The notes under the pieces: model-generated
What the model saw: the letters and a program-made list of their open reading frames with translations, nothing else
Databases searched by the model: none
What the model was told of the DNA's origin: nothing
In this document: in pieces, positions 11,936 to 24,689 of the stretch
How positions within the stretch are numbered: the stretch's first letter is position 1
Layout: the number at the start of each line of letters is the position of its first letter
Assembly (NCBI RefSeq): GCF_030028105.1
Contig: NC_092370.1
Span: 94,818,969-94,882,968, forward strand
Origin: Mobula birostris
Lineage: Eukaryota
Length of the DNA stretch: 64,000 bases
Direction of reading: 5' to 3'
Position numbers and translations under genes: made by a program

Positions 11936-14900
11936 TTAGGCAACTGGAGCTGCAGCTCGATGACCGTCTGGTCAGGGAAAGTGAGGTGATAGAGACGAGC
12001 TATAGGTAAATAGTCACACCAGGGCTTCAGGAGACAGATAAGTGGGCAACAGTCAGGAAGAGGAAGGGCAAGGGTCAGATACTAGAGAGTACCCCTGTGG
12101 CTGTCCCCCTTTACTGTTGGTGGGGACGGCCTACCTGGGGGAAGCAACAGTGGCCGCGCCTCTGGCATAGAGTTCGGCCCTGTGGCTCAGAAGAGTAGGG
12201 AAAGGAAGAGGGTGGCAGCAGTGATAGGGGACTCTATAGTTAGGGGCTCAGACAGGCAATTCTGTGGACGCAGAAAAGAAACACAGATGGTAGTTTGCCT
12301 CCTAGGTGCCAGGGTCGGGGTGTTTCTGATTGCGTCCACGATATCCTGAAGTGGGAAGGAGAACAGCCAGAGGTCGTGGTTCATATTGGTACCAACGACA
12401 TAGGTAGGAAAAGGGAGGAGGTCCTAAAAACAGACTACAGGGAGTTAGGAAGAAAGTTGTGAAGCAGGACCTCAAAGATAGTTATCCTGGAATTACTGCT
12501 TGTGCCACGTGACAGTGAGTATAGGAATAGAGTGAGGTGGAAGATAAATGTGTGGCTGAGGGATTGGAGCAGGTGGCAAGGATTCAGATTTTGTGGATCG
12601 TTTGGACCTCTTTTGGGGCAGGCGTGACCTGTACAATAAGGACGGGTTGCACTTGAATCTGAGGGGGACCAATATCCTAGCAAAGAGGTTTGCTAATGCT
12701 ATTGGGGAGAGTTTAAACTAGAATTGCTGGGGGGTGGGAACCGAACCGAAGAGACGGAGGAAGAGGCTGTTGGCTGACGAATAGAGAAAGATTGGAGACA
12801 GCGCGAGAGGGAGGATAGGCAGGTGATCGAGAAGGGATGCACTCAGATCGATGGTTTGAGATGTATCTATTTTAATGCAAGGAGTATTATGAACAAGGCA
12901 GATGAGTTTAGAGCATGAATCGGTACTTGGACCTATGATGTTGTGGCCATTACAGAGGTTTGGATGGTTCAGGGGCAGGAATGGTTACTTTGAATGCCGG
13001 GTTTTAGATGTTTTAGAAAAGACAGGGAGGGAGGCAAAAGAGGTGGAAGCTTGGCGTTGTTGATCAGAGATACTGTCACGGCCGTAGAAAAGGAGGAAGA
13101 CATGGGGGGGTTGTCTACGGAGTCTGTGGGTGGAAGTTAGGAACAGGAAGGGGTCAATAAAAAACTGGGTGTTTTTATAGACCACCCAATAGTAACAGTG
13201 ACATCGAGGAGTGGAAAGGGAGACAGATGCTGGAAAGGTGTAATAATAACAGGGTTGTAGTGGTGGGAGATTTTAATTTCCCAAATATCGATTCACATAT
13301 CCCTAGGGCAATGGGTTTAGATGGGCTGGAGTTTGTTAGGTGTGTTCAAGAAGGTTTCTTGACACAATATGTAGATAAGCCGAAAAGAGGAGAGGCTGTA
13401 CTTGATCTGGTATTGGGAAATTAACCTGGTCAGGTGTCAAGTCTCAATGGGAGAGCATTTTGGAGATAGTGATCACAATTCTATCTCCTTTACCATAGCA
13501 TTGGAGAGAAATAGGAACAGACAAGTTAGGAAAGTGTTTGATTGGAGTAAGGGGAAATACTGTATGAAGCTATCAGGCAGGAATTTGGAAGCATAAATTG
13601 GAAACAGATGTTCTCAGGGAAATGTACGGCAGAAATGTGGCATATGTTCGGGGATATTTGCATGGAGTTCTGCATATGTACGTTCCAATGAGACAGGCAA
13701 AGGATGGTAGGGTACAGGAACCATGGTGTACAAAGGGTGTTGAAAATCTAGTCAAAAACTTACGGAAGGTTCAAAAAACTAGGTAATGATAGAGATCTAT
13801 AAGATTATAAGGCTAGCAGGAAAGAGCTTAAGAATGAAATTAGGAGAGCCAGAAGGGGCCATGAGAAGGCCTTGGCGAAAAGGATTAAGGAAAACCCCAA
13901 GGCATTCACAAGTATCTGAAGAGCATGAGGATAAGATGTGAGAGAATAGGACCAATCAAGTGTGACAGTGGAAAAGTATTTATGGAACTGGAGGAGATAA
14001 CAGAGGTACTTAATGAATACTTCGCTTCAGTATTCACTACGGAAAAGGACCTTGGTGATTGTAGGGATGCCTTACAGCGGACAGAAAAGCTTGAGCATAT
14101 GGACATTAAGAAAGAGGATTTGCTGGAACTTTTGGAAAGCATCAAGTTGAATGTCTGTGGAACCGGATGAGATGTACCCCAGGCTACAGTGGAAGGCAAG
14201 GGAGGAGATTGCCTGTGGCAATGATCTTTGCATCGTCAGTGGGGACAGGAGAGGTTCTGGAGGATTAGAAGGTTGCAGATGTTGTTCCCTTATTCATGAA
14301 AGGGAGTAGATATAGCCCAGAAAATTATAGACCAGTGCGTCTTACTTCAGTGGTTGGTAAGTTGACGGGAAAGATCCTGAGAGGCAGGATTTATGAATAT
14401 CTGAAGAGGCATAATATGATGAGGAATAGTCAGCATAGCTTTGTCAAAGACAGGACATGCCTTACAAGCATGATTGAATTTTTTGAACATGTGACTAAAC
14501 ACATTGATGAAGGTAGAGCAGTAGATGTAGTGTATGTGGATTTCAGCAAGGCATTTGATAAGGTACCCCATACAAGGCATATTGAGACAATAAGGAGGCA
14601 TGGGTTCCAGGGGGCATTGCTTTGTGGAACCAGAACTGGCTTGCTCACAGAAGATAATAATTGTAGATGGGTCATATCTGCATGGAGGTTGGTGACCAGT
14701 GGTGTGCCTTGGGGATCTGTTCTGGGACCTTTTCTCTTTGTGATTTTTATAAATGACCTGGATGAGGAAGCAGAAGGATCAGTTAGTATATTTGCTGATG
14801 ACACAAAGGTTGGGGGTGTTGTGGATAGTATGGAAGGCTGTCAGAGGTTACAGTGGGACATCGATAGGATGCAAAGCTGGGCTGAGAAGTGGCAAATGGA

Positions 14901-15630
14901 GTTGAACTCAAATTAGTATGAGGTGGTTCATTTTGATAGGTCAAATATGATGGCAGAATATAGTATTAATAGTAAGACTCTTGGCAGTTGACTGTGTGGT
15001 TAAGAAGGCATATGATGCATTGGCCTTCATCAACCGTGGGATTGAGTTTAAGAGCCGAGAGGTTAATGTTACAGGTATATAGGACCCTGGTCGGACCCCA
15101 CTTGGGAGTACTGTGCTCAGTTCTGGTCGCCTCAGTACAGAAAGGATATGGAAACTATAGCAAGGGTGTTAGAGGAGATTTACAAGGATGTTGCCTGGAT
15201 TAGGGAGCATGCCTTATGAGAATAGGTTAAGTGAACTTGGCCTTTTCTCCTTGGAGCGGCGGAGGATGAGAAGTGACCTGTTAGAGGTGTATAAGATGAT
15301 GAGAGGCATTGATCGTGTGGATAGTCAGAGGCTTTTTCCCAGGGCTGAAATGGCTGACACGAGTGGGCATAGTTTTAAGGTGTTTGGAAGCAGGTACAGA
15401 AGAGATGTCAGGCATAAGTTTTTTTTACGCAGAGAGGTGAGTGTGTGAAATGGGCTGCTGGCAATGTTGTTGGAGGTGGATACTATAGGGTCTTTTAAGA
15501 GACTCCTGGATAGGTACATGGAGCTTAGAAAAATAGCGGGCTATGGGTAACCCTAGGTAATTTCTAAAGTAAGTACATGTTAGGCACAGCATTGTGGGCC
15601 GAAGGGTCTGTAGGTTTTCTGTGTTTCTAT
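11936..15630 (+). mobile_element. Near full-length decayed CR1 LINE (ORF1 SGNH esterase; ORF2 APE endonuclease plus RT)
   Basis: ORF1 VIGDSIVRG, HIGTNDIG, DGLHLN. ORF2 VVGDFNFP, GDSDHN, NYRPVRLTS, DFSKAFDKVPH, GVPWGSVLGP, FADDTK. (TTTCTATG)-type tail. Splits Gypsy codons CAT CTA G|GT ATG exactly. Confidence 0.95.
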
Positions 15631-16603
15631 GTATGGTCACAATGAAAGTGTTGGTTTGAAGCTTTGGTGGCCTGGGGTAGTTCAACAGGTAGATCACTCC
15701 CTGGCAGAGGTATCATATAGATTTTTCTGGATCATTCATAGGCACAATTTTATTGGTTGTAGTGGATGCAGCTACAAAGTGGAAAGTCGTGTTCCCAATA
15801 GCCTCCTTTACAGCCTTGCACACTGTTGATATGCGGAGATATCTCTTCTCCAGGACTGTTGTTCCAGAGCACTTAGTCAGTGACTATAGACTGCAGTGTA
15901 TTGCAGAACAGTTTCTGTCATTCCTGAAAATAAATGGAATAAAACATCTGCACCGGATTACCTAGCTATAGGTGGAAAATTTGTCCTGGTTCTAAAGAGT
16001 GCATTGCAAGCAATGTCAGCAGAACACACTACATTAACACTGAATCAGAAGATTGCTAATTTCCTTCTTTGTATCTCACAGTGGAGCACATTCCTCAGCC
16101 ATCTGTGTTCTTCCTGGGCCTTCCCTTAAGCTCACACTGGGATTTCCTCATCCCAATTTCACAAGTAGCATGCAGGAGAAACAGCTGAGACAAATTGAGA
16201 GGTCCTCAGACAAAGAGGTTCACTGTTTCACTCCTTGACAAGTAGTCCAGGGCTAAGGACTATAGTAATTGGAAAGATTATGGACAGAACTGTACCACTC
16301 TCCTACACAGTGGAAGTTTGCATCTGATGTCATCTGGAGATGACACATCATTCAGTTGAGGAGATCAGGTTGAATTGTTGGAATGAGAGTTGTACAGAGC
16401 TATCAGAACCACTTCCTGCAGTCCCAGTGTCAACTCCTACAACTTTTACAGCCTAAAGTCTGACCTGTCAAACAGAGTGACCACTGTCTTGTAATCCCAT
16501 CTTGTAAGAGTAAGAAATGCTCCATAGTGATTAAATCTTTAATATTGAATGGGACAGTTTAAACTTCAGTATGCTGTGTATGTCTATAGTATAATTATAT
16601 TGT

Positions 16604-16607
<4 letters not shown>

Positions 16608-16644
<37 letters not shown>
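16608..16644. repeat. (TG)n microsatellite, about 18 units
   Basis: Direct reading. Confidence 0.98.
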
Positions 16645-16646
<2 letters not shown>

Positions 16647-17061
16647 ACACATACAGAGAGAGAGATATCACTAGAGAGCAATATGTTACATAAATAATCT
16701 GAGATGCATCTATATTGAGTTGGAGTTTATAGTGAAGCAGGGAGGAGTGTTGTGTATTTAATACTTCAGTAATATTTGAGTAAATATTTGAGTATGTCTG
16801 ATTACGGGTTATATTTAAAAGTACGTGAATGGCCTTAGTCATTATGCCACCACATCATATTTGAATGCCTCACTAAAATAACACTAAGTTAACATGTTTT
16901 CCCTGGCTTCTGTGTTTTTCTTTCATTTAGTTAGGTGTTACAAAACATAGTGGGTTTTATGTACATTCAAGAGAACAGTAATTCTTTTCTTGTGTAACAA
17001 TAGCTTTCTGGACTTCAGCTCAGGTGCATTTCCTGTTACAGCTGATGCACTCAACTATTTT

Positions 17062-18550
17062 CAAGGTCTGCTAATGGTTTCCTGGTTCAAGAGCCTGATG
17101 GCTGAGGGGTAATAGCTGTCTCTGATGCTGGTGGTGAATGTCCTGAAGCTCCTGTGCCTTCTTCCTGATGGCACCAGTAAGAAGGGGCCATGGTGTGGAT
17201 GGTGGGGGGGGGGGGCAGTCCTTGATGGATGTTGCTCTCCTGTGACAGCACTGTGTGCAGATATGCTGAATGGCAGGAAGTGTCTTACCCATAATGAATT
17301 GGGTACTTTTTGCAGGCTTTTCCATTCAAGGGTATTGACTGTTTCCATATCAGACCGTGATGCAACCATACAATATACTCTCCACCGCCTATTTATAGAA
17401 GTTTGTCAAAGTTTTCGATGTCATACCAGATCTTCACAAACTTCTAAGGAATTAGAGATGCTCACGTGCTTTCTTTGTAATAGTACTTATGTGCTGGATT
17501 CAAGACAGATCCTCTGAAGGGTTAACAATTGAGGAATTTAAATTTGCTGCCCCTCCCCACCTCTGATCTCCTAATGATGTATGGCTCATGGGCCTCTAAT
17601 TTCCTCTTTCTGAAGTCAATAATTATCGCTGGTCTTGCTGACATTGAGTGAGAGGTTGTTGTTGTGGCACCCTAAGCCAGATTTTCAATCAAAATGCTGA
17701 TTTATCACCCCCTTTGATTTGGCCAATGACAGTAGTGTTAGTGGCAAACATAAATATGGCATTGGAGCTGTGCTTAGCCTCACTGTCATTGGTATAGAAA
17801 CATAGAAAATAGGTGCAGGAGTAGGCCATTCGGCCCTTCGAGCCTGCACCGCCATTCAGTATGATCATGGCTGATCATCCAACTCAGAGCCCTGTACCTG
17901 CCCTCTCTCCATACCCCCTGATACCTTTAGGCACAAGGGCCATATCTAATTCCCTCTTAAGTATAGCCAATGAACGGGCCTCAACCGTTTCCTGTGGCAG
18001 AGAATTCCACAGATTCACCACTCTCTGTGTGAAGAAGTTTTTCCTCATCTCGGTCCTAAAAGGCTTCCCCTTTATCCTCAGACTGTGACCCCTCGTTCTG
18101 GACTTCCCCAACATCCGGAACAATCTTCCTACATCTAGCCTGTCCAACCCATTTAGAATTTTATACATTTCAATAAGATCTCCCCTCAATCTTCTAAATT
18201 CCAGCAAGTATAAGCTTAGTCGGTCCAGTCTTTCATCATATGAAAGACCTGCCATCCCAGGAATCAATCTGGTGAACCTTCTTTGTACTCCCTTTATGGC
18301 AAGAATGTCTTCCCTCAGATTAGGAGACCAAAACTGAGTAGAGTAGGGAGCTAAGCACACAGCCTTGTGGTGCACATGTGCTGAAGAAGATTGTGGAGGA
18401 GATGTTGTTGCCAATCTGAAGTGACTAGGGTCTGCAAGTGAGGAAACCGTGGATCCAATTACATAAGGAGGTAATGAGGCCTAGGACGTGAGCTTATTGA
18501 TTACTTTTGAGGGGATGATAGTATTCAATGCTGAGCTGTACTCAATAAAG
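17062..18550 (-). mobile_element. Rex1/Babar LINE RT to C-terminal fragment, interrupted by CR1
   Basis: HGPFLLVPSGRRHRSF..DSYYPSAIRLLN; RT region resumes after 18336. Confidence 0.8.
17794..18336 (-). mobile_element. CR1 3' fragment with open frame (relatively young)
   Basis: ATAGAAACATAGAAA tail; QFWSPNLREDILAIKGVQRRFTRLIPGM..RGDLIEMYKIL..FFTQRVVNLWNSLP without stops. Confidence 0.92.
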
Positions 18551-18949
18551 GCCACTAACCATTTGACCAAAGTAATATTGAATATCAAAAGCATATGGAA
18601 TGATTCTCTTTTGATAGAGATAGTTATTTAATGGCACTTAAGTGAACAAAAAATATCAGGTTGTTTATCAGGCCAATCCTAGTTAGTATTTTCATTTTCT
18701 GAAAAGTTTGAAAATTCTGTGCAAAATAACATATATAACCACGATGAGTCCTCTTTATGCAGTGCACACACTGCAAAGATCCTCGTTAATTGCACCAATT
18801 TCCTATTCAGATTATGACCTTGTTGCAGTCACTTTAGATAACGTAATGATGAAATCCTTATTGCAGGAGAGCTTTGCACATGAAACTGCTGCAGGAATAG
18901 GCTCTTCCCATGAAACTCAATAATTTGTTTATTATGAACATCAGAAGAC

Positions 18950-19082
18950 ACGCAGAAGACATTGGAGAAAGGCACGTGGTCACCGGGAGAATGTCTGAAC
19001 TCAACATAGACAGCATGAGACTACGTGATTGAACTGGAGTTATGAAGCAGCAGCTTTCCTAGCTGCTCCTCTGTGTCACCCC
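18950..19082 (-). mobile_element. V-SINE-like fragment
   Basis: rc TGCTGTCTATGTTGAGTTCAGACATTCTCCCGGTGACCACGTG, V-SINE core-like. Confidence 0.55.
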
Positions 19083-20114
19083 ACCTGGCCTCTGATCTCA
19101 GCTCTGATTTGCAACTTTTCCAATAAAATCAACGAAGAAATTTACGGCTAGCTACTGAACTGCACTCAAACCTAAATCAGTAAATGACGTAAAAAGAAAG
19201 CAACATATGATGAGAAGAAATTGATTAAATCATAACAGATTTAGGTATGAAATCATAGGATAATGCAATATTGGACTAGGATTTATCCAAATAGTTCCTC
19301 AGTTTCATTCTCAAAACAGACTTACTATTATTCACAGGATCCGCAGAGAAACGGTACTTCTATGGAGTTAATGAGAACAAAGTAGGCAAAGAGCAAATCT
19401 GCTTGTTAACTCCAATTAGAAACTATCTAGGATTAACCAGTTGAGGATTGCTCCAACTTAAATGTGGCTAGCATTTGTACTGGACCCACATAGTTGAAAA
19501 TCAGTGATGCTTAGCGCTCTGCTATGGCTGGGGTTGCTGCTGAAAATATTCTGTTATTTACACATTGTTGCTTTTTGAACCATTGCCATTCCCACTGGCT
19601 TATTCTAATTTGTCACTGACCCAGGGGTGCCTAATACTGTGCCATGACCGGGCACTGAACAGAGAATGTTCTTTACTTTAGAGATCATAGCTCTTTATAC
19701 AGCTGCCAGAATTTTGTTTTTGCTTTGGACCCCAAGGGTAAAACTCAATAAACATACAGAGCATTTTTATGTCACTCAGCAGTGACTCTTGGGACAAAAG
19801 GGACTATAGGTCAATGATGAGAAGAATCAGGAGAATATTCGCTTTTTCTCCAGTCTCAACCATTTAAGTGTTTGCTCTTTATATGCATAAGCCAAAAAAA
19901 AAATCCTTCCAGGTTTTCCTTTCACCTTCACTTACCATTTTTTCTCCTTTTATCAGAAAGGATAGTGTAGAACTCCTGGAAGCCATCTCTGTGGTTGCCA
20001 TTCATTTACATTAATAGTCAACAAGAGGTGCTGATAGTTAATAGACCCCACTGTGCACTTAACTTGTTTTTTATTGGGATTGATGAAGATCTGGTTCCTT
20101 AAGTTTGTTTTAGC

Positions 20115-20532
20115 TGGGGGTGGCAAAGGCGGGTTACTGGCGCCTTAAAACTCGTCGCTTCGGGCAGAAGTTGGCTTGTCAGCCATGGTTCGCAGCTCAA
20201 CTGGGAGAAGGAAAACTCTGATCTCAAACCTCCGCAGCCTTGAGGCTATACCCACTCATGGGGAAGGCTTTGGGAGTAAACCCTAGGGAGGAATATCTGG
20301 AGCTTGAGTCCCTAAGGCAGTCCTACATTGAGTTTAACGCTGACTAGAAACTCCTGCGATGCTGCTGTTACCACTTATCAGTCTCTGCTTTTCTTTTGTG
20401 TTCATTAGATGTGCGGAGAGGGAGAGTTTGCTGCATGGGCAACAGCTTGCTCTGCATATTGAACTGTCCAGACTTGCGTATCTAAACAGCTAGGATGCAA
20501 TATCCATGATCAACCCTGACTGATAGAGGTTC
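20115..20532 (+). mobile_element. Non-coding element resembling an RTE 5'UTR, 5'-truncated
   Basis: GGAGAAGGAAAACTCTGATCTCAAACC RTE-UTR-like motif; both ends are homologous to 54425-54550. Confidence 0.6.
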
Positions 20533-21536
20533 ATTCGATGAAAACCAGTTAAGATAATCTCTCCCTTTCTGCCTAGGCTGGAATTAAACAACCATCAATA
20601 AGCATTAGTGACTTGAAACATTGCCTCTTTTGCTCTCTGTGCTGATACCGCCCAACCTGCTGAGTACCTACAACACTCTCCTTTTCTATTTCAGCTCTTC
20701 ACACATCATACATCATTCTTTTTCATCATTATCTTCTTCATTTTCTTCAATGTAGTTGGGACGAACAGTGACAGAAAGAATCCTAAGCAATTTCTTACCA
20801 TGTTATTTTTATGCAAGGAATCGAAGTAGACTACAAGCCTGCTCTGTCTTTCAATCAGACTGTAGCTGAAATTCTGCCACGACTCCATCTATTCCCATTT
20901 TCTGTGTGTGTGTGGGGGGGGGGGGTTGCATTAAAGTTAAATCAATCTCAGCCCAATGGTTGAGTACCAATGGAATAAATGTATCAACTCTTTTTCTTTA
21001 GTTAACTCATACCTATGTGAGATCTGGTATGACCTCGTGTTTCCCCATCTCACTAAATGGCCAGGGAAAATACAAAGATAGACCTGTAGATGTCTCATTT
21101 CTAGTAAATGACAGGAGGAAAAGAGATGTCAGAAATTGAAACATATTGGTACTTCAACTAAGCTTCAAATTGGAAAGTGATAATATTGGCTCTCTCAGAT
21201 GGATCATTCTTGTGACTGATTCAGAAAGATCCACTGAAGCAGTTGGAGAAACAAAATGATTTAGACTCCAGTCACAGTCAGTACTAAGGAAGGGCTACAC
21301 TGAATCAGATGGGACGTTGAAGTGACACTGTTTGCCTTTCAGTTTGGAAAAATAGATCTGATTGTATTGTTTTGAAGGAGAGTCATAATGGTCAAGATTT
21401 ATTCCTCATTCAACAGTCCTAAAAATTAAGATTTTTAAATTTCATTTTCAGCCTTTAGGAGTCCATTCCTGCATTCATTGTCCGTCCTTAATTGCCCTTG
21501 AGAACGTGATGGAGAGCAACTGCATTCATTTTGTGA

Positions 21537-22170
21537 AAAGGCGGGAGGAGAGATAGCAGTGCGCGCCGCACGTGCGCAGCCCTCCGGTGAAAATGATATC
21601 GTATCCGTTAAATAGGGGCCGTGGACAATTCTGATTTGATGGAGACAGATGTGAAAGCACAGAGGAACATCTGGAGAAATTTCTGAAATGCCTGTTCGCT
21701 GCTGTTGTTACTGTGCGATGGAGAATCTTCTGGAGGGAAGGCCTCAAAATCCCCGGCTTAGCCTGCTGTTGGCAAGCAAGATTGAGGTCGAATCGTTCGG
21801 ATAGAGATGGTGCTCGGTACTCTGTGTTGGAGAGCTGATCGGAGGCTCGAAGTTTTCGGACGACTCAGAGTTGGACTGTGGTCGGGCATGGCAGGGAGAA
21901 TTTTTCTTCCTTCTCCCATCTGCGTGAGATGTGGGACATTTGAGAGACTTTGAACTTTTTACTGTGCTCATGGGCTGTTCTTCATCAAGTTATGGTATTG
22001 TTGCACTGTTGTAACTATATGTTATAGTTATGTGGTTTTGTTAGTTTTTTCAGTCTTGGTCTGTCCTGTGTTTTGTGATATCACACCGGAGGAAATATTG
22101 TATCATTTCTCAATGCATGCATTACTAAATGACGATAAAAGAGGACTGCATGTCTTCATAATCTAATATT
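21537..22170 (+). mobile_element. CpG-rich non-coding non-autonomous element with LINE-like tail
   Basis: Sharp GC/CpG rise at start; T-rich 3' region ending AATGACGATAAAA..ATAATCTAAT; interrupts an older decayed repeat. Confidence 0.6.
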
Positions 22171-23214
22171 ACCACTGTAGTGTTGGGGACCAGTTCCAGG
22201 ATATTGATTCAAAAGCAATGAAGGATTGGCAATATATTTGCAAGCAAGGATGGTGTGGTCTGATTTATATTACCTTGCTGTCTGAGGAAATTTGCTGCAT
22301 GCAAATTGGACCACTCATTTCTTTCAGAACAACAGTGACTACAGTATATTTCAAACGTAATTCACTGGCTGTAAAGCAATATTCATTGTTCTGGAAAGAA
22401 GAAAACGCAAATCATTCTTTATTGGAAATATTTATATGCTTCTCACAGCCACTACTGAGCTTTTGTAGTGAAAAACTGCTCTGAAGGTGATGGGTCTAGA
22501 GAGGGAGGTATTCAATCACGCACCTGGAAAGCTCACTGAGTACTTCTGAAACAAAACGATGGATTTCAATCTGTAGTTGATGGGAATGCCTCACAAGTAG
22601 CTGGCTGTATGCCTTGGTGAACTATTGTGGCTGTAGTGGATTCTGTGCTCTATCAGTAAGCGTAGCTGCCAGAAAAATGTCAGTATTTTCAATGAGGTCC
22701 TGTTTCAAGCTGTTTTCATGTTTCTCATCAAAAAGTTATCACACAGGAACAACATTTTAAATGAATATCAATGGAAGCAGTTCTTTCTAGGATGCTATTT
22801 TACTTGTTTAATTCTCTATGGATTTAAGGTTATTTCCCTTTCACATGGAATTTGGATAGGATATGAGAAATGTGGCCACTTAATTCATAACTGCAAATCA
22901 GACCCTTCTTTGCCTGTGGACATAGAATAAATTGCATCCAACAATAGATTCTATCAGCCCATTTCACCTGCACTATACATTCATCAGAAGTTGAAAAGAA
23001 CCTTAAATTTGGCTTTGCCAAGATTTATAAATTAAATCTAACAAAAGACCTTTTATTTGCCTTGGTGTTCCAGCTACTGCCTGCTCCATATAAAGTCACT
23101 ATTTTTCTGGGTGCTTGCCTGACTTTCCTCAAATATCTAATTTTGCATGGACAATATACATCAGGCTTGAAAATGATAACCATAGGGAACATAAAAGTGA
23201 CAAACAGGGAAGGA

Positions 23215-24689
23215 AGCAACACACAAAATGCTGATGAATGCAGCAGGCCAGGCAGCATCTATAGGAAGAAGTACAGTCGACGTTTCAGGTCAAGACCCTT
23301 TGTCAGCACTAACTGAAGGAAGAGCTAGTAAGAGATTTGAAAGTGGGAGGGGGAGGGGGAGATACAAAATGATAGGAGAGGACAGGAGGGGGAGGGATGG
23401 AGCCAAGAGCTGGACAGTTAATTGGCAAAAGGGATATGAGAGGATCATGGGACAGGAGGCCCAGGGAGAAGGAAAAGGGTGGGTGGGGGAATAAAAAACC
23501 CAGAGGATAGGCAAGGGGTATAGTGAGAGGGACAGAGGGAGAAAAAGGAGAGAGAGAAAAAATGTGTGTATATAAATAAATAACAGATGGGGTACGAGGG
23601 GGAGGTGGGGCATTAGCAGAAGTTTGAGAAGTCAATGTTCATGCCATCAGGTTGGAGGCTACCCAGACAGAATACAGGGTATTATTCCTCCAACCTGAGT
23701 GTGGCTTCATCTCGACAGTAGAGGAGGCCATGGATTGACATATCAGAATGGGAATGGGACATGGAATTAAAATGTGTGGCCACTGGGAGATCCTGCTTCC
23801 TCTGCCGGACAGAGCGTAGGTGTTCAGCAAAGCGGTCTCCCAGTCTGCGTCGGGTCTCATCAATATGTCGAAGGCCACATCAGGAGCAGCGGACACAGTA
23901 TATCACACCAGCAGACTCACAGGTAAAGTGTTGCCTCACCTAGAAGGGGCCCTGAATGGTGGTGAAGGAGGAAGTGTAAGGGCATGTGTAGCACTTGCTC
24001 CGCTTACAAGGATAAGTGCCAGGAGGGAGATCTGTGAGAAGGGATGGAGGCGGGGGGATGATTGGACAAGGGAGTCATGTAGGGAGCGATCCCTGTGTGT
24101 GTGTGGGGGGGGGGGGAGAGGGAAAGATGTGCTTGGTGGTGGGATCCCGTTGGAAATGGCTGAAGTTACGGAGAATTATATGTTGGACATGGAGGCTGGT
24201 GGGGTGGTAGGTGAGGATGAGGGGCACCCTATCCATAGTGGGGTGGCGGGAAGATGGGGTGAGAGCAGATGTGCGTGAAATGGGAGAGATGCGTTTGAGG
24301 GCAGAGTTGTTGGTGGAGGAAGGGAAGCCCCTTTCTTTAAAAAAGGAGGACATCTCCCTCGTCCTGGAATGAAAAGCCTTATTCTGAGAGCAGATGCAGT
24401 GGAGACGGAGAAATTGAGAGAAGGGGATGGCATTTTTACAAGTAACGGTGAGAAGAGGAATAGTCCAGGTAGCCATGGGGGTCCGTGGGCTTATGGTAGA
24501 CATCAGTCGATCGGCTGTCTCCAGAGACAGAGAGATCAAGGGGAGGGAGGTGTCGGAAATGGACCAGGTAAATTTGAGGGCAGGGTGGAAGTTGGAGTCA
24601 GCAAGCTCAGTTAGCATACAGGAAGTAGCGCTAGTGCAGGAAGCAGCGCTAGTGCAGGAAGCAGTGCCAATGCAGTCATCGATGTAGCG
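23215..24689 (-). mobile_element. 5'-truncated Penelope-like element (RT C-terminal half, GIY-YIG, terminal repeat)
   Basis: Perfect 12-bp TSD AACAGGGAAGGA (23203-23214, 24690-24701). RYIDDCIG, NFHPALKFTW, KNAIPFSQFLRL, HFTCESAGVIYCVRC..ETRRRLGDRFAEH. Confidence 0.92.

Larger units (their letters stand above)
8370..16952 (+). mobile_element. Decayed Ty3/Gypsy LTR retrotransposon carrying nested insertions
   Basis: Related LTRs 8370-8603 and 16748-16952; PPT AAGCAGGGAGGAG. Protease KMELDTRSA (~8860), RT CGDFKVSINP and YLDD (10858), RNase H AEKNYALVDREGL, integrase HAGHLGMV..WWPG..VVVDAATKW. Gag largely deleted; no TSD resolved. Confidence 0.9.

Noticed and set aside
12200-12720. SGNH/GDSL esterase as a host or horizontally acquired gene (also 43175-43513)
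   Set aside because: It is the known esterase domain of CR1 ORF1, directly upstream of ORF2 and frameshifted.
17884-18414. 176-aa ORF as a novel gene
   Set aside because: Chimeric read-through across the junction at 18336: off-frame Rex sequence fused to the CR1 ORF2 C-terminus.
20706-20895. Minus-strand processed pseudogene ending in an acidic tail (..YIEENEEDNDEKE*)
   Set aside because: Frame has three stops, the acidic run reflects a TTC/TCA-rich tract, and I recognise no parent protein.
24617-24668. QEAALV peptide repeat
   Set aside because: Local 18-bp tandem duplication read on the non-coding strand of the Penelope RT.
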